From: an uncultured delta proteobacterium
Lineage (GTDB): Bacteria > Desulfobacterota > Binatia > UBA9968
Length of the DNA stretch: 64,000 nt
Reading direction: 5' to 3'
Assembly: GCA_963755715.1 (NCBI GenBank)
Contig: CAVWLW010000013.1
Coordinates: 28,327 to 92,326 of the forward strand
Position numbers and translations under genes: made by a program. A model generated the notes under the pieces. That model made no database searches, was not told the origin of the DNA, and worked only from the letters and a program-made list of their open reading frames with translations. Below, in pieces: positions 51,615 through 61,622 of the stretch. Position 1 is the first letter of the stretch; each line of letters begins with the position of its first letter.

Positions 51615-52046
51615 TCAACCGCGCACTTTGGGGCCGACGTTTTCGATATTGATTCGGACAATGACCCGCCGTTCGCGCGCCATTCGCTCATGAAACTCCG
51701 GCCAGTTTTTGTGTTCGCCATAGGCCTGGCGCTGCAAATAAACGAGCGTGTCGAGCGCCTGCGGCAGAGAAATCACTTCCGCGTTGCCGTTGATTTGCAC
51801 CCAACCTTCGCCGTGAAAGGAACTGGTAATAGCGCACAGCGCGGCGCGCGGATCGCGCCGCAAATTATTCACCTTGTAAGCGGTCTCGCGACTGCTGATG
51901 ATCGCTCGGCCCTGGTCATCTAAACCTACCGTGACGGGCGACATCTGCAGATTGCCATTTTTGCGCCTGGTCGCCAGAATGCCCCAATGATGCTGGGTCA
52001 GAAATTCTTTCGCTTTGTCGATTTCGATCGGGGTGAATTCGGCCAT
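51615..52046 (-). CDS. PPOX-class (F420-dependent-like) oxidoreductase
   Basis: ILATRRKNG..QMSPV and KVNNLRRDPR. Confidence 0.88.
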   Translation of the reverse strand: MAEFTPIEIDKAKEFLTQHHWGILATRRKNGNLQMSPVTVGLDDQGRAIISSRETAYKVNNLRRDPRAALCAITSSFHGEGWVQINGNAEVISLPQALDTLVYLQRQAYGEHKNWPEFHERMARERRVIVRINIENVGPKVRG

Positions 52047-52219
52047 GGATTTTTACCTCAAGAATAAACAGGTCTTGATTTCAATCGCTGTCGACAAACT
52101 AGAATACACGCGGAGCGGTTTTGCAAGACCTTAAGGGATCGTTCGTTCACGCACGCGACATTCGAATCTTGACCGATTTCGCGCATTGTCTTATAACGAA
52201 GGCGTAACGAGGAAAACCC

Positions 52220-52909
52220 ATGGCGATGACGGTTCCCCATATGCCGCTGCCTGAAATCTTACCGGTGTTTCCATTGACCGGAGTCATGCTGCTACCCGGC
52301 ACGGTGCTGCCGCTCCATATTTTTGAGCCGCGTTACCGCGCCCTGGTGGAGGACACGCTCGAAGGCGAAAAGATTTTCGGCATGATTCAGCCGTTGGCGC
52401 CGCAGAACGATAATCGCGGCCCGCAGCCGGACGCCGAAAGCTCAGCGCCGGATTTGTATAAGGTTGGCTGCGCCGGTTACATCGAGAAATGGGAAAAACT
52501 GCCGGACGGCAGATTTTTTGTTCAGCTCAAGGGCGTCAATCGATTTCGCTTCAACGAGGAGCTCTCGCTGCAGCGCGGCTACCGGCGGGTCAAAGCGATG
52601 TATGGCGAGTTTTCCGACGCCGGCACGGAGCAAACCTGGCAGTGCGATCGTTCGGCGATCATAGAGGCGCTGGCAAGTTACGGCAAGGCGCACGGCATGC
52701 AAGTCCGGCCGGACCAAGCAGAAAAGTTTTCCGACTTGGAATTAGTGAACCTTCTCGGTGTTTCGCTGCCTTTTCATCCGGCGGAAAAGCAAGCTCTGCT
52801 GGAAGCGCCCAGCCTCAAAGACCGCGAGCAAATGCTCGTGAATCTGCTCCAACTCGGCGCCGGGCCACTCGATTCTATCGACGAAACGCCGCCGCGCACG
52901 CTCAACTGA
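52220..52909 (+). CDS. LON peptidase substrate-binding domain protein
   Basis: PVFPL, LPLHIFEPRY and EKQALLE. Confidence 0.92.
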   Translation: MAMTVPHMPLPEILPVFPLTGVMLLPGTVLPLHIFEPRYRALVEDTLEGEKIFGMIQPLAPQNDNRGPQPDAESSAPDLYKVGCAGYIEKWEKLPDGRFFVQLKGVNRFRFNEELSLQRGYRRVKAMYGEFSDAGTEQTWQCDRSAIIEALASYGKAHGMQVRPDQAEKFSDLELVNLLGVSLPFHPAEKQALLEAPSLKDREQMLVNLLQLGAGPLDSIDETPPRTLN

Positions 52910-52934
52910 CCGGCGCGCGAGCGCGCGCCGATCC

Positions 52935-53748
52935 TCACTCCGCTATATCGACCAGTACGCCGTCGGGATCGGCGATAAAATGTTGGCCTAAGCAGCAACG
53001 GCGAAAGTCTTCTTCGTTTTTCTTGCCGTTACCGCCGACGCCGAGCTTTCCATCGGCCGCTTCCGGCGCCGATAACGCAAGCGCCGCTAGATCATCTTTG
53101 ACCCGCTGTAAACTCTCTACTTTGAAACCGATGTGGTCCAGTCCTTCGCGCAGGCCGCGATAGAGACTTTTGTCGCGCGGCCGGAGGAGCAGCTTTACCT
53201 TGCCGTCGGTCATACAGATCGAGCCGTCGTCGCGATAAGTTTCCGCTTCTTTGAGCTCGAAGATCTTTTCGTAGAACTCGGCCACTTGCGCCGGGTCGTC
53301 GGCGCGGATCGAGATGTGATTGATCCAGCGCGGCTGGTCCCAGCCGGCTTCGTTGTAGCCTTCACGCACGTTGGCGACATGGGCCTGGGCGATATCGAAC
53401 TGGGTGCCGGCGGGATCGTAGCTGCGTAGCCCGGCGAAGGGCACATACTCGAGCCCCTGGGCAATCATGGTTTTGGGATAATGTTGTTCCATGCGCCGCA
53501 CGAATTCCTTGATGTCGCTGACCTCGTAAGCCAAAATGATCCATGCCTGACTGCATGCCCGCGTAACGCGACAGGATCGCCAGGCCGATGACGCCGTCGC
53601 TGATGTGACCGCGACCGGTGTTTTGTTTGCCGGTTTCGTCAAGCGTGCCGCTGGTCATGCGGCGCATGCCGAATATGGTTTGATAGAAATTATCGACGAC
53701 GGCGTGGTTGTGCGTGTACATAGCGACGTGACGTATTTTAGCAAACAT
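52935..53748 (-). CDS. Two-domain VOC/glyoxalase family protein; frameshift near 53535
   Basis: KIRHVAM...DHFG, then INHISI...GLDHIGFKV...DPDGVLVDI. Confidence 0.85.
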
Positions 53749-53866
53749 GATGGGCCTCCCAGTGCTCGGTTGCGATTATTTGTAAGTGACCGATGCTGAA
53801 TTTGTCAAGCAAGGACCTGAACGGTTTTCTATGATCAACATTAGCCTATCGTGGCGGCATGCATCG

Positions 53867-54868
53867 TCACTGTTGGTAAAGCCGCGCATAGAAACCGCGG
53901 TCTTCGAGTTCTTTGACAAATCGAGTGTCAATGAAGTCGTCCGGCTTTGAGCTCGCCATTTCAGGCGCATTCTTCACTAAGAAATCTATCAGTGTTTGAA
54001 TGCCGGGCCTGCTCGGATAAGGGATCTTTGGTGTCGCTTTGAGGACGACCTCAGTGTAGGCCTCGCGTATAGCCTTTTCATCACCGTGGAGATATTTGCG
54101 CATGATCTTCTGCGTGCCTTCGGAGTTGGTGTGAATGTAGTGGTTGCCTTCCGAGTAGGCGGTTGCGAACCGGCGGAGGATGTCGGATCGCTTGTTGATA
54201 AACGCGCGCGTGGTGTAGACGCCGTTTTGCTGGTAATGAATTTCGATATCGGCAAAGTTGCTGAGGATCCGGTAGCCGAGCTCTCTGGCTTTGACGGTCT
54301 CGGGTGGAATAAGCAGCGCAGCCTGCACCGATCCATTCACCAGCGCGGCGAAACGGGCCGGCACCGAACCGACTTGAACGATGTTTATCTCTTTGTCGGG
54401 TTGAATGCCGAGTTTAGGGAGTACGAACATGGTTGCGGTATGATCCGCGGAACCGATGCGCGATACGGCAAAGCGCTTGCCTTTCAATTCGGAGATCTGT
54501 TTGATCCCGGGCTGTGCGACAAGCTGATAGGGAAAGCGATCGGCGCCGCCGAGGATGATATAAGTTCCGCTTCCTTTGAGATTAGAAGTGATCGAGCCGG
54601 TCACGCCGCCTTGACTGATGGCAACTTCACCGGACATCAAGGCCGCTGCACCGACGGGCGCGCCGCTAATGTAAACTAACTCCACGTCGAGCCCCTGTTT
54701 CTTGAAGAAGCCCGTGTCGAGCGGGACCCAGACGTTGACCTGGCTGGTGCTGATCGAGGAGATGGCCACCCGAAGTTTTTCGGATTGTCCGTTGGCGACG
54801 AGAGCTGGAAATGCTGCCGCAAGTAGCGCTACCCAAACCAAAAAATGCGGAAAGGAAACTCGCTTCAT
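53867..54868 (-). CDS. NitT/TauT substrate-binding protein
   Basis: Signal peptide; GFFKKQGLDVEL and LKGKRFAVSRIGS. Confidence 0.9.
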   Translation of the reverse strand: MKRVSFPHFLVWVALLAAAFPALVANGQSEKLRVAISSISTSQVNVWVPLDTGFFKKQGLDVELVYISGAPVGAAALMSGEVAISQGGVTGSITSNLKGSGTYIILGGADRFPYQLVAQPGIKQISELKGKRFAVSRIGSADHTATMFVLPKLGIQPDKEINIVQVGSVPARFAALVNGSVQAALLIPPETVKARELGYRILSNFADIEIHYQQNGVYTTRAFINKRSDILRRFATAYSEGNHYIHTNSEGTQKIMRKYLHGDEKAIREAYTEVVLKATPKIPYPSRPGIQTLIDFLVKNAPEMASSKPDDFIDTRFVKELEDRGFYARLYQQ

Positions 54869-54919
54869 CGGAGCCCTCCGTGCTGGTTCGCTTACATGGG
54901 ATTAGGATCGCTGCTTGTT

Positions 54920-54947
54920 GAAACTAGGAACTCGAAACTAGAAACTT
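54920..54947. repeat. Four imperfect heptamer tandem repeats
   Basis: gaaacta ggaactc gaaacta gaaactt, overlapping the 3' end of the hydrolase gene. Confidence 0.6.
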
Positions 54948-55736
54948 TCTAATGATGCGATGGGCCTCATCCGGGTTGGTCATGAAATAGTTGTGGGCTT
55001 CGTTTGGTACCACCGCAAACTTTCCATTGGGTAGCTCCTTCGCTAGCGCCTCGGCGGCGACGCGATGGGACGAGCCCGTTGCCGAGCCATGGTCATGCTC
55101 GCCGACAATCACCAGGGTCGGCTGCTCGATCTCCTTGAGCCGCGCGCTCAGATCACAGGCTTGGCGCGCCACAACGTGACGCAGATAGTCTTCCAAGGTC
55201 GGCAAATTATTCATGCGAATTCGCAGGAAGCGTTCCACTTGATCGGGATGCCGCTGGATATATTCCGTGGTCCAACCCACTTCGAGGGTGTGCTCCCGCA
55301 CATATTTTTCGTATCCCCATTCGGCCATTTCTTTGCACATTTTAAACGGGATCGGCGGCGCGCCGGGAGCGCCGGGACCCACCGAAGCGACGATGAGCTT
55401 TTTCACTTTGGCGGGATATTTGAGCGCCATCAGCATCGCCACGCGCCCGCCCATCGAGTGGCCGACCGCGATCGCGGGACCGGCATTCAAATGATCTAAC
55501 AGCGCGGCCGCGTCGTCGACAAAGTCGTCGCACGAATATTGTGCCGTCGGCCGGCTTGATTTCCCGGTGCCGCGGTAATCGTGCGTAATGACCGTGTAAT
55601 CGCGCGAGAACTCCGGCACTTGAAAATGATTCCAGATGTCGCCCGGACAGGCGGTTTCGCTGAAGAAAAGAAACGGCGTGCCCTGACCCGTCGCTTGATA
55701 GTGAATTTCGATATCTCTATCTCTGACAAAAAGCAT
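54924..55736 (-). CDS. Alpha/beta hydrolase
   Basis: DYRGTGKS, GHSMGG and EAHNYF. Confidence 0.9.
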   Translation of the reverse strand: MLFVRDRDIEIHYQATGQGTPFLFFSETACPGDIWNHFQVPEFSRDYTVITHDYRGTGKSSRPTAQYSCDDFVDDAAALLDHLNAGPAIAVGHSMGGRVAMLMALKYPAKVKKLIVASVGPGAPGAPPIPFKMCKEMAEWGYEKYVREHTLEVGWTTEYIQRHPDQVERFLRIRMNNLPTLEDYLRHVVARQACDLSARLKEIEQPTLVIVGEHDHGSATGSSHRVAAEALAKELPNGKFAVVPNEAHNYFMTNPDEAHRIIRKFLVSSS

Positions 55737-55861
55737 CTGAGTTTGCCGGCTCCTAAGCTGCATTACGACAGGCGAAAAGAAAACGCAATGCGATGGGTTT
55801 GGCGGTTGACTTTGTTCCGCGTGCTATGAGAGTAAGCAAAGATTGCGGGAATTCGAGAGCA

Positions 55862-56504
55862 ATGCAGCGCACCCAATTCATCATTGTTCGTCATGGCGAG
55901 ACTGAATGGAACATCAAGGGAATTCGTCAAGGCAATCTCGATAGTCGATTGACGGAGAAGGGTGTGACCCAAGCAAAGGCCCTGGCACAGCGGCTGGCGC
56001 GGGAAAAATTTTCCGCGCTCTACAGTAGCGATCTCGGCCGGGCCGTGCATACCGCAAAGGAGATTGCCGCGCTCACGGGTCATGAGATCGTGACCGACGC
56101 GCGATTGCGTGAACGCCATCTCGGCAATTTTTCAGGGACTCAATGGCGACGAAATTGTCGCGAAGTATCCTGAAGAGCGGCGTCAGTTTCGCACGATGGG
56201 ACCGGACTACGTGATCCCGGGCGGCGAAAGCATGCGCCAGCAAGTCTCGCGTAACGTCGCCTATCTCAACGAGCTGGCGGCGAAGCATCACGGCGAGCAG
56301 GTCGTCGTCGTCACTCATGGCGGCGTGGTGAGCGGTTTTTTTCGTCATACGTTGGAGATTCCGCTGGAGGCGCCGCGACGTTTCGAATTCGTCAATGCCG
56401 GTATGAACGTTTTCGCCCGCGAAGAAGAGACCTGGCTGCTTCTGACGTGGGGCGATGTGAGTCATCTCGCGCCGGGCGCAGCGAGCGAAGGCGATGATCC
56501 CTAA
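55862..56504 (+). CDS. Histidine phosphatase (PGM-like) family; frameshift near 56125
   Basis: VRHGETEWN, YSSDLGRA, PGGES and VVTHGG. Confidence 0.9.
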
Positions 56505-56505
56505 C

Positions 56506-56624
56506 GCCAGCTGAAAAAGGTCATCTGCTTCGTTGCACTCGTCCGACTCCCTTCGACGTACTAAGTCGTACGCCTCCGCTCGTCGACCTTCGTGCGCCTT
56601 GCATCTGAGCCTTTTTGAGCAGCC
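56506..56624. repeat. About 120-bp MITE-like palindromic element
   Basis: Inverted ends gctgaaaaagg...cctttttgagc with a central cgtac/gtacg; between convergent genes. Confidence 0.65.
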
Positions 56625-56701
56625 TTAAAGATTCACTATCCCCGAGCTGCGGCAGACGCAGTCGATCTTTCGTACAAACTCGAGACTTGAGACTGCAACG
56701 A

Positions 56702-58177
56702 TCAAGCGGGGGTTTCGACGCCGGATCGTTTCTCCATCCTGACGGTGAAGCCGGGTTGTTTGATATAGACCTGGTTCGAATCTTTCCGCTTCGCCAGTTG
56801 CTCGATGATTTTTACCAGCGGCTGGGTCGCGTCGATGTATTCGCGCGGCTTGCCGTGATCGGGCAGGGCTTTGACATAATCCTCGCCGGCGAAGTAGTGC
56901 AAGATTAGATCTTCGTCGGAAAGCTGCGCGCCGTATTTCTGGCGAATGTCGTGCAAGGACGGCTCGGGCTGTTCCCAGTGCGTCCACGCTTTGGCGCGCG
57001 GCCGGTTGAGAATTTTATCCCTCACGTTCGGGTCCATGACTTCGACTGCTTCTTTGCCCCAGATTCCTAAAGCATACTGAATATTCTGATCGGGCACTTC
57101 TTTGTAGCGTTCGCCGACGATGACGTTGATCGCCGCTTGCGTGCCGACGAACTGGGATAGCGGCGTGACCATGATCGGATAACCGAAATCTTTGCGCACC
57201 GCGGCGGCTTCCTCCAGCGCCGCTTCCATCTTGTGTTCCATGCCGACGATCTTCATCTGGTGACGCATGTTGGAAATCATGCCGCCGGGAACTTGGTGGC
57301 CGTACATCGAGTGATCGTATTCCACCGGCTTGCCGATCGGCAGGCCGTCTCTCTTGGCCACGGCCGTAAAATGTCGCACCACCGTATCAAGCGGCTTCAG
57401 ATCGACTTGAGGATCGTAGCCGAGCGCTTTCAGATTGTTCGCGATGTTGAATACCGAGGGCTGCGACGATCCGTTGGCGAGCGGCGGGATCGCGGTATGA
57501 AGAATGCGCATGCCGAGCTTGACGCCTTCGAGATAATTGACCGGCGCGTGGCCGCTGTTGCAATGGGCGTGAAACTCGACGGGGATGTCACCGGCGGCTT
57601 TGAGCACCACGGGGATCAAAGTGCGCGCTCGCTCCGGTGTGAGCAGACCGCCGACGTCTTTAAAGCAGATGCGCCAGGGTTTGGCGGCCGCCGCTTCCTG
57701 AGCTTTCCGCGCATAATACTCGTCGGTATGGCGCGGCGAGACGGAATAGATCAAGTTCGCCACCGTGTCCATGCCGGTCTTTTTCAAGTCGTCGATCTCT
57801 TCTTTGAAGGCGCTGTAGTCGTTCCAACAATTCGACGTGCGCGTTAAAGTCAGTCCGTAGGAGACGAGCCGTTCAACGAGGAGCTTCAGGATGCAGTGCG
57901 GCGTTTTCTCGAAGGCGCTGTGCATGCCGCCGTGATAACGCAAGCGCGTTTTTTTGATCCTCTGGGTGCCTTCTTTGAGCCAGTACCAGGGATTTTCTTT
58001 GTGCTCGCGCACGTACTTTTTGAAAATCACGCTCAGGAAAAACTCCATCGACTCGAAGCCGGCTTCGTCCATGTGCGGCAGCGCCGGCAGCATGGCGCCG
58101 ATTTTCATGTTGAGCGCCCACAGGCTCTGATTGCCGTCGCGCACGGTGGTGTCGATAAATTTTACTTCGTTGGTCAT
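56702..58177 (-). CDS. Pyruvate carboxylase subunit B/oxaloacetate decarboxylase alpha-like carboxyltransferase with no biotin domain
   Basis: DTTVRDGNQSL, FKDVGG, FHAH, HQVPGGMISN and IMVTPLSQ; no AMKM motif. Confidence 0.88.
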   Translation of the reverse strand: MTNEVKFIDTTVRDGNQSLWALNMKIGAMLPALPHMDEAGFESMEFFLSVIFKKYVREHKENPWYWLKEGTQRIKKTRLRYHGGMHSAFEKTPHCILKLLVERLVSYGLTLTRTSNCWNDYSAFKEEIDDLKKTGMDTVANLIYSVSPRHTDEYYARKAQEAAAAKPWRICFKDVGGLLTPERARTLIPVVLKAAGDIPVEFHAHCNSGHAPVNYLEGVKLGMRILHTAIPPLANGSSQPSVFNIANNLKALGYDPQVDLKPLDTVVRHFTAVAKRDGLPIGKPVEYDHSMYGHQVPGGMISNMRHQMKIVGMEHKMEAALEEAAAVRKDFGYPIMVTPLSQFVGTQAAINVIVGERYKEVPDQNIQYALGIWGKEAVEVMDPNVRDKILNRPRAKAWTHWEQPEPSLHDIRQKYGAQLSDEDLILHYFAGEDYVKALPDHGKPREYIDATQPLVKIIEQLAKRKDSNQVYIKQPGFTVRMEKRSGVETPA

Positions 58178-58332
58178 TGACCCTCCAAACACGTTCAAGT
58201 AGTTCAAGCCGTCAAATCGTTCAAAACGTTGGATCAGAACGGACCGACAGAAAAGCCAGCCAGTGACTGACTTTGCCGTCTATTACCTGTATAAATTCTT
58301 AGGCCATAGATCAAATGACGGGACGAAATACG

Positions 58333-58752
58333 ATGAAATCCTATCGCAAAGAGCTTTGGTTCCATACGCCGACGCGGCTGGCGTTCGTCAATATTACCGG
58401 CCAGGTGCAGGACTGTATTCGGGAGAGCGGCGTGAAAGAGGGGCTGGCCTTGGTCAATGCCATGCACATTACCGCGTCGGTGTTTATCAACGACGACGAG
58501 TCGGGTTTGCACCATGACTATTCGGTCTGGCTGGAGAAGCTCGCGCCACACGAGCCGATCCAGCAGTATCGCCACAACGATACGGGCGAGGATAATGCCG
58601 ACGCGCACATCAAGCGGCAAGTGATGGGGCGCGAAGTGGTCGTCGCAATCACCGACGGCAAGCTCGACTTCGGTCCGTGGGAGCAGATTTTCTACGGCGA
58701 GTTCGACGGCCGGCGGCGCAAGCGTGTGCTGGTAAAAATCATCGGTGAATAG
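58333..58752 (+). CDS. yjbQ: YjbQ/UPF0047 family protein
   Basis: [18 protein letters not shown] and [13 protein letters not shown]. Confidence 0.92.
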   Translation: MKSYRKELWFHTPTRLAFVNITGQVQDCIRESGVKEGLALVNAMHITASVFINDDESGLHHDYSVWLEKLAPHEPIQQYRHNDTGEDNADAHIKRQVMGREVVVAITDGKLDFGPWEQIFYGEFDGRRRKRVLVKIIGE

Positions 58753-58839
58753 TTTCCGAAGACCACGATCTCGCGCTGCGGTACATCGTAATTCCCTCGG
58801 CGCATTGACCCTGGCATCGATGGCCGGTATGTTTTTGCA

Positions 58840-60141
58840 GTGGAAAAAAAATTTAGCAAAACTTCGCATTCTCGTTCTAAACCGGTCGAACGTCAGGGTT
58901 TTTCATCAACCGAACGCGCCGAGTATGAAGCGTATTGCCCGCATTTTCCTAGCTGCGTCGGCTGTCCTTTCATCAAAGTTCCGTATCCCGAGCAGTTGTT
59001 GAAAAAACGCGCGATCGTCGGCCGGGCCTTAGCGGAATACTCTTCCCTTGCGGGCGCTGACGTGTCGCCGGTGGTCCCATCGCCGCAACGTTTGGGCTAT
59101 CGCGCGCGCGTCAAACTGGTCGTGCGCAAGAACCGGGACCAGGTTGCCATGGGTCTCTACGTGCCCCAGACCCATCGGGTCATAGACATCTCATCGTGCC
59201 CGGTTCATCCACGGCAGGTGAACCAGGTTGTTTTCTACCTCAAGAAAAAGGTGCTCGAGCTCGGCATCGCGCCGTACGACGAGCGCGACGATAGCGGCGA
59301 TTTGCGCTATGTCGATTTTCGTTTCAGCGTGGCGCGTCATGAACTAAGCCTGACTCTGGTTACCCGGCATGCCTCCTTTCCCCAAGGCGCGCCGTTGGCG
59401 AAAGCTCTCCAGCAACGGTTTCCATTCATCACCGGTGTGATCCAAAATGTTAACGAAAATCGCGGCAACGTCATTTGGGGCAATAGCTTTCGAACGCTTG
59501 GCGGCCGCGACACGATCATGGAGCGTGTCGGCGATTTGAAGCTTGTCTTTCCCGCCGGCGTTTTTTCGCAAGCCAATCCGTTCACGGCGCGCAAGCTCTA
59601 CGACCGGGTTTACGAGCTCGCGGCACTGAAGGGCGGAGAGACCGTGCTCGACCTTTACTGCGGAGTCGGTCCGATCTCGCTTTATCTTGCCGTAGCGGCG
59701 CGCCAAGTGTGGGCCGTCGACGACAGCGAGTTGTCGATCACCACAGCTAAACAGAACGCGCGGCGCAACGGGCGCGGCAATTGCCGCTTCATCGCCGGCG
59801 ACGTCGCGACAACGCTAACGCAACTGACAAAGGACTTGCCCCGGATCGACTTGATGGTTCTCAATCCGCCGCGCAAGGGAATTAAAGCCGCGGCGCTGGA
59901 AGCGGTCCTCGCGGCTGGCGCGCCGAGAATTATCTATGTGTCGTGCGAGCCGCGCAGCCTGGCGCGCGATCTCGACCGATTGGTTGCTGCTAATTATCGA
60001 GTTGAGCAGATTCAGCCTTTCGACATGTTTCCGCAGACGGAAGAAGTGGAAACGCTGGTGTTATTGCGAAAAAATGATGCTACGGCGAACCAGAGCTTGC
60101 ATGGCTACGAAGATGCCGCGAGCGAATCTAAATCGCGTTAA
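58840..60141 (+). CDS. rlmD: 23S rRNA m5U methyltransferase RlmD/RumA family
   Basis: CPH...CVGC Fe-S motif, FSQAN, DLYCGVG, NPPRKG, YVSCEP and DMFPQT. Confidence 0.9.
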   Translation: MEKKFSKTSHSRSKPVERQGFSSTERAEYEAYCPHFPSCVGCPFIKVPYPEQLLKKRAIVGRALAEYSSLAGADVSPVVPSPQRLGYRARVKLVVRKNRDQVAMGLYVPQTHRVIDISSCPVHPRQVNQVVFYLKKKVLELGIAPYDERDDSGDLRYVDFRFSVARHELSLTLVTRHASFPQGAPLAKALQQRFPFITGVIQNVNENRGNVIWGNSFRTLGGRDTIMERVGDLKLVFPAGVFSQANPFTARKLYDRVYELAALKGGETVLDLYCGVGPISLYLAVAARQVWAVDDSELSITTAKQNARRNGRGNCRFIAGDVATTLTQLTKDLPRIDLMVLNPPRKGIKAAALEAVLAAGAPRIIYVSCEPRSLARDLDRLVAANYRVEQIQPFDMFPQTEEVETLVLLRKNDATANQSLHGYEDAASESKSR

Positions 60142-60198
60142 GGACCTGCAATATTGAAGTGCAAGGTGTAATCCACTGGTCGATCCAAACCGTTCAAG

Positions 60199-60224
60199 GT
60201 AGGGGCGACCGGCCGGTCGCCCTA
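60199..60224. repeat. GTAG-type REP palindrome
   Basis: gtaggggcgaccggccggtcgcccta. Confidence 0.7.
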
Positions 60225-60227
60225 GAA

Positions 60228-61487
60228 TCAGTCCGACCGATAGTTCCACAGCTGGGGAATCGCCCAGCAGGTTCCGATCACGGTAAGCGTGCACAGAAGG
60301 CATCCGACTAGCGCTGCGTTCGGCGCGCCAAGCAACGCCGCGCCGGCGCCTGCGATCACCGCGCCGAGACCGTTGGTGGTTTGTGCGAAAACGGTCAAGA
60401 AGCTGGTCGCCCGGCCGCGCATGTCGTCGGGTGCGAGAATTTGTACGACCGTGCGGCGAATAGCGACGCTGATCGCATCACTGATGCCTAGTCCCGCTAG
60501 GGCCAGGAGCCCGATCCAAAACCATCGAGCCATCCCAAGGAATCCCAAACTGAGAGCAAACATCAAGGTGGCGATTATCGACATTGCGCCTTTGCGTTCG
60601 ATGTTACCGGCGGTAAGTACAACGGTGGAACCGATCAAGGCGCCGATGGCGGGCGCGGCGTAGAGCATGCCCAAACCGCGCGCGCCGACTTTAAACACGA
60701 CATCCGCGAAAATCGGTAATATCGGGCGGAAAAAACCAAACAAGACGGCAAAAAAATCGAGGAGAAACAAAGACAAAATAATCCGCGTGTGCCAGAGAAA
60801 TTCGAAGCCTTCGATAAGACTGCGCCAGCTTATTTGCCGGCGTTCGCCTTGCGGTTGGCCTGAAGCGCGGATGAGGAGCGCCGCGATCACGGAAGGTAAG
60901 AGCAAGCCGGCGTCAGTGAAATAGGAGGCTTGGACGCCTAGAAAGTCGATGAGAAACCCCGCAATCACCGGCGCGGTCAGTTGGGTTCCTTGCATCATCA
61001 GCACCGCCATGGTCACTGCGTTGAGAAGATGCGACTGGGGCACGAGACCGGGGATGATCGCCTGCCGGGAAGGTCCGCCGAGTACTTGTAAAGACGAGGC
61101 CACAAGGTTGAGCACGTTGACGTGCCATACCTGAATGGCGCCGCTCAGCGTGAGGATCCCGAGCGCCACGCCAGGTAGGATGTTGAGCGTGTGGGTGATC
61201 GCGATCAACTTTTTGCGATTCAATGTGTCGGCGAGAACGCCGCCGAACAAGCCGAAGATGATAAACGGGAATGCCTGAAAAAAGCCAGCCAATCCGAGCT
61301 GCACGGAAGACCCCGAAAGGTGATACACCTGATAGAGACTCGCCACGTTGCGCATGTGATTGGCGGTGTTGGCACAGAGAATCGTGATGAAAATCAGGCG
61401 ATAATCGCGAATCAGCAGCGAAGACCAGGGACGGATGGCCGGCGCCGGCTGTGGCTCGGATAGATGTTTATCTTGCGGCGATGACAC
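60228..61487 (-). CDS. MFS transporter (EntS/DHA3-like)
   Basis: GGVLADTLNRKKL, LLDFFAVLFG and PDDMRGR. Confidence 0.92.
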   Translation of the reverse strand: MSSPQDKHLSEPQPAPAIRPWSSLLIRDYRLIFITILCANTANHMRNVASLYQVYHLSGSSVQLGLAGFFQAFPFIIFGLFGGVLADTLNRKKLIAITHTLNILPGVALGILTLSGAIQVWHVNVLNLVASSLQVLGGPSRQAIIPGLVPQSHLLNAVTMAVLMMQGTQLTAPVIAGFLIDFLGVQASYFTDAGLLLPSVIAALLIRASGQPQGERRQISWRSLIEGFEFLWHTRIILSLFLLDFFAVLFGFFRPILPIFADVVFKVGARGLGMLYAAPAIGALIGSTVVLTAGNIERKGAMSIIATLMFALSLGFLGMARWFWIGLLALAGLGISDAISVAIRRTVVQILAPDDMRGRATSFLTVFAQTTNGLGAVIAGAGAALLGAPNAALVGCLLCTLTVIGTCWAIPQLWNYRSD

Positions 61488-61622
61488 TCGTCGGTGAAGT
61501 CCTTGCGATGACTCCGGGCAGTGCTGGCAATGTAGCGGTTCGACTCGGTGGCGTCAAACATTGTTGACCTTGCACAGGTCACGCCATAATATCGCCGATA
61601 TTATTTCACTGGGAGGTTTTTC

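Noticed and set aside
28171-60224. Palindromic repeats as a CRISPR array
   Set aside because: They are dispersed single copies with no regular repeat-spacer structure and no cas genes.
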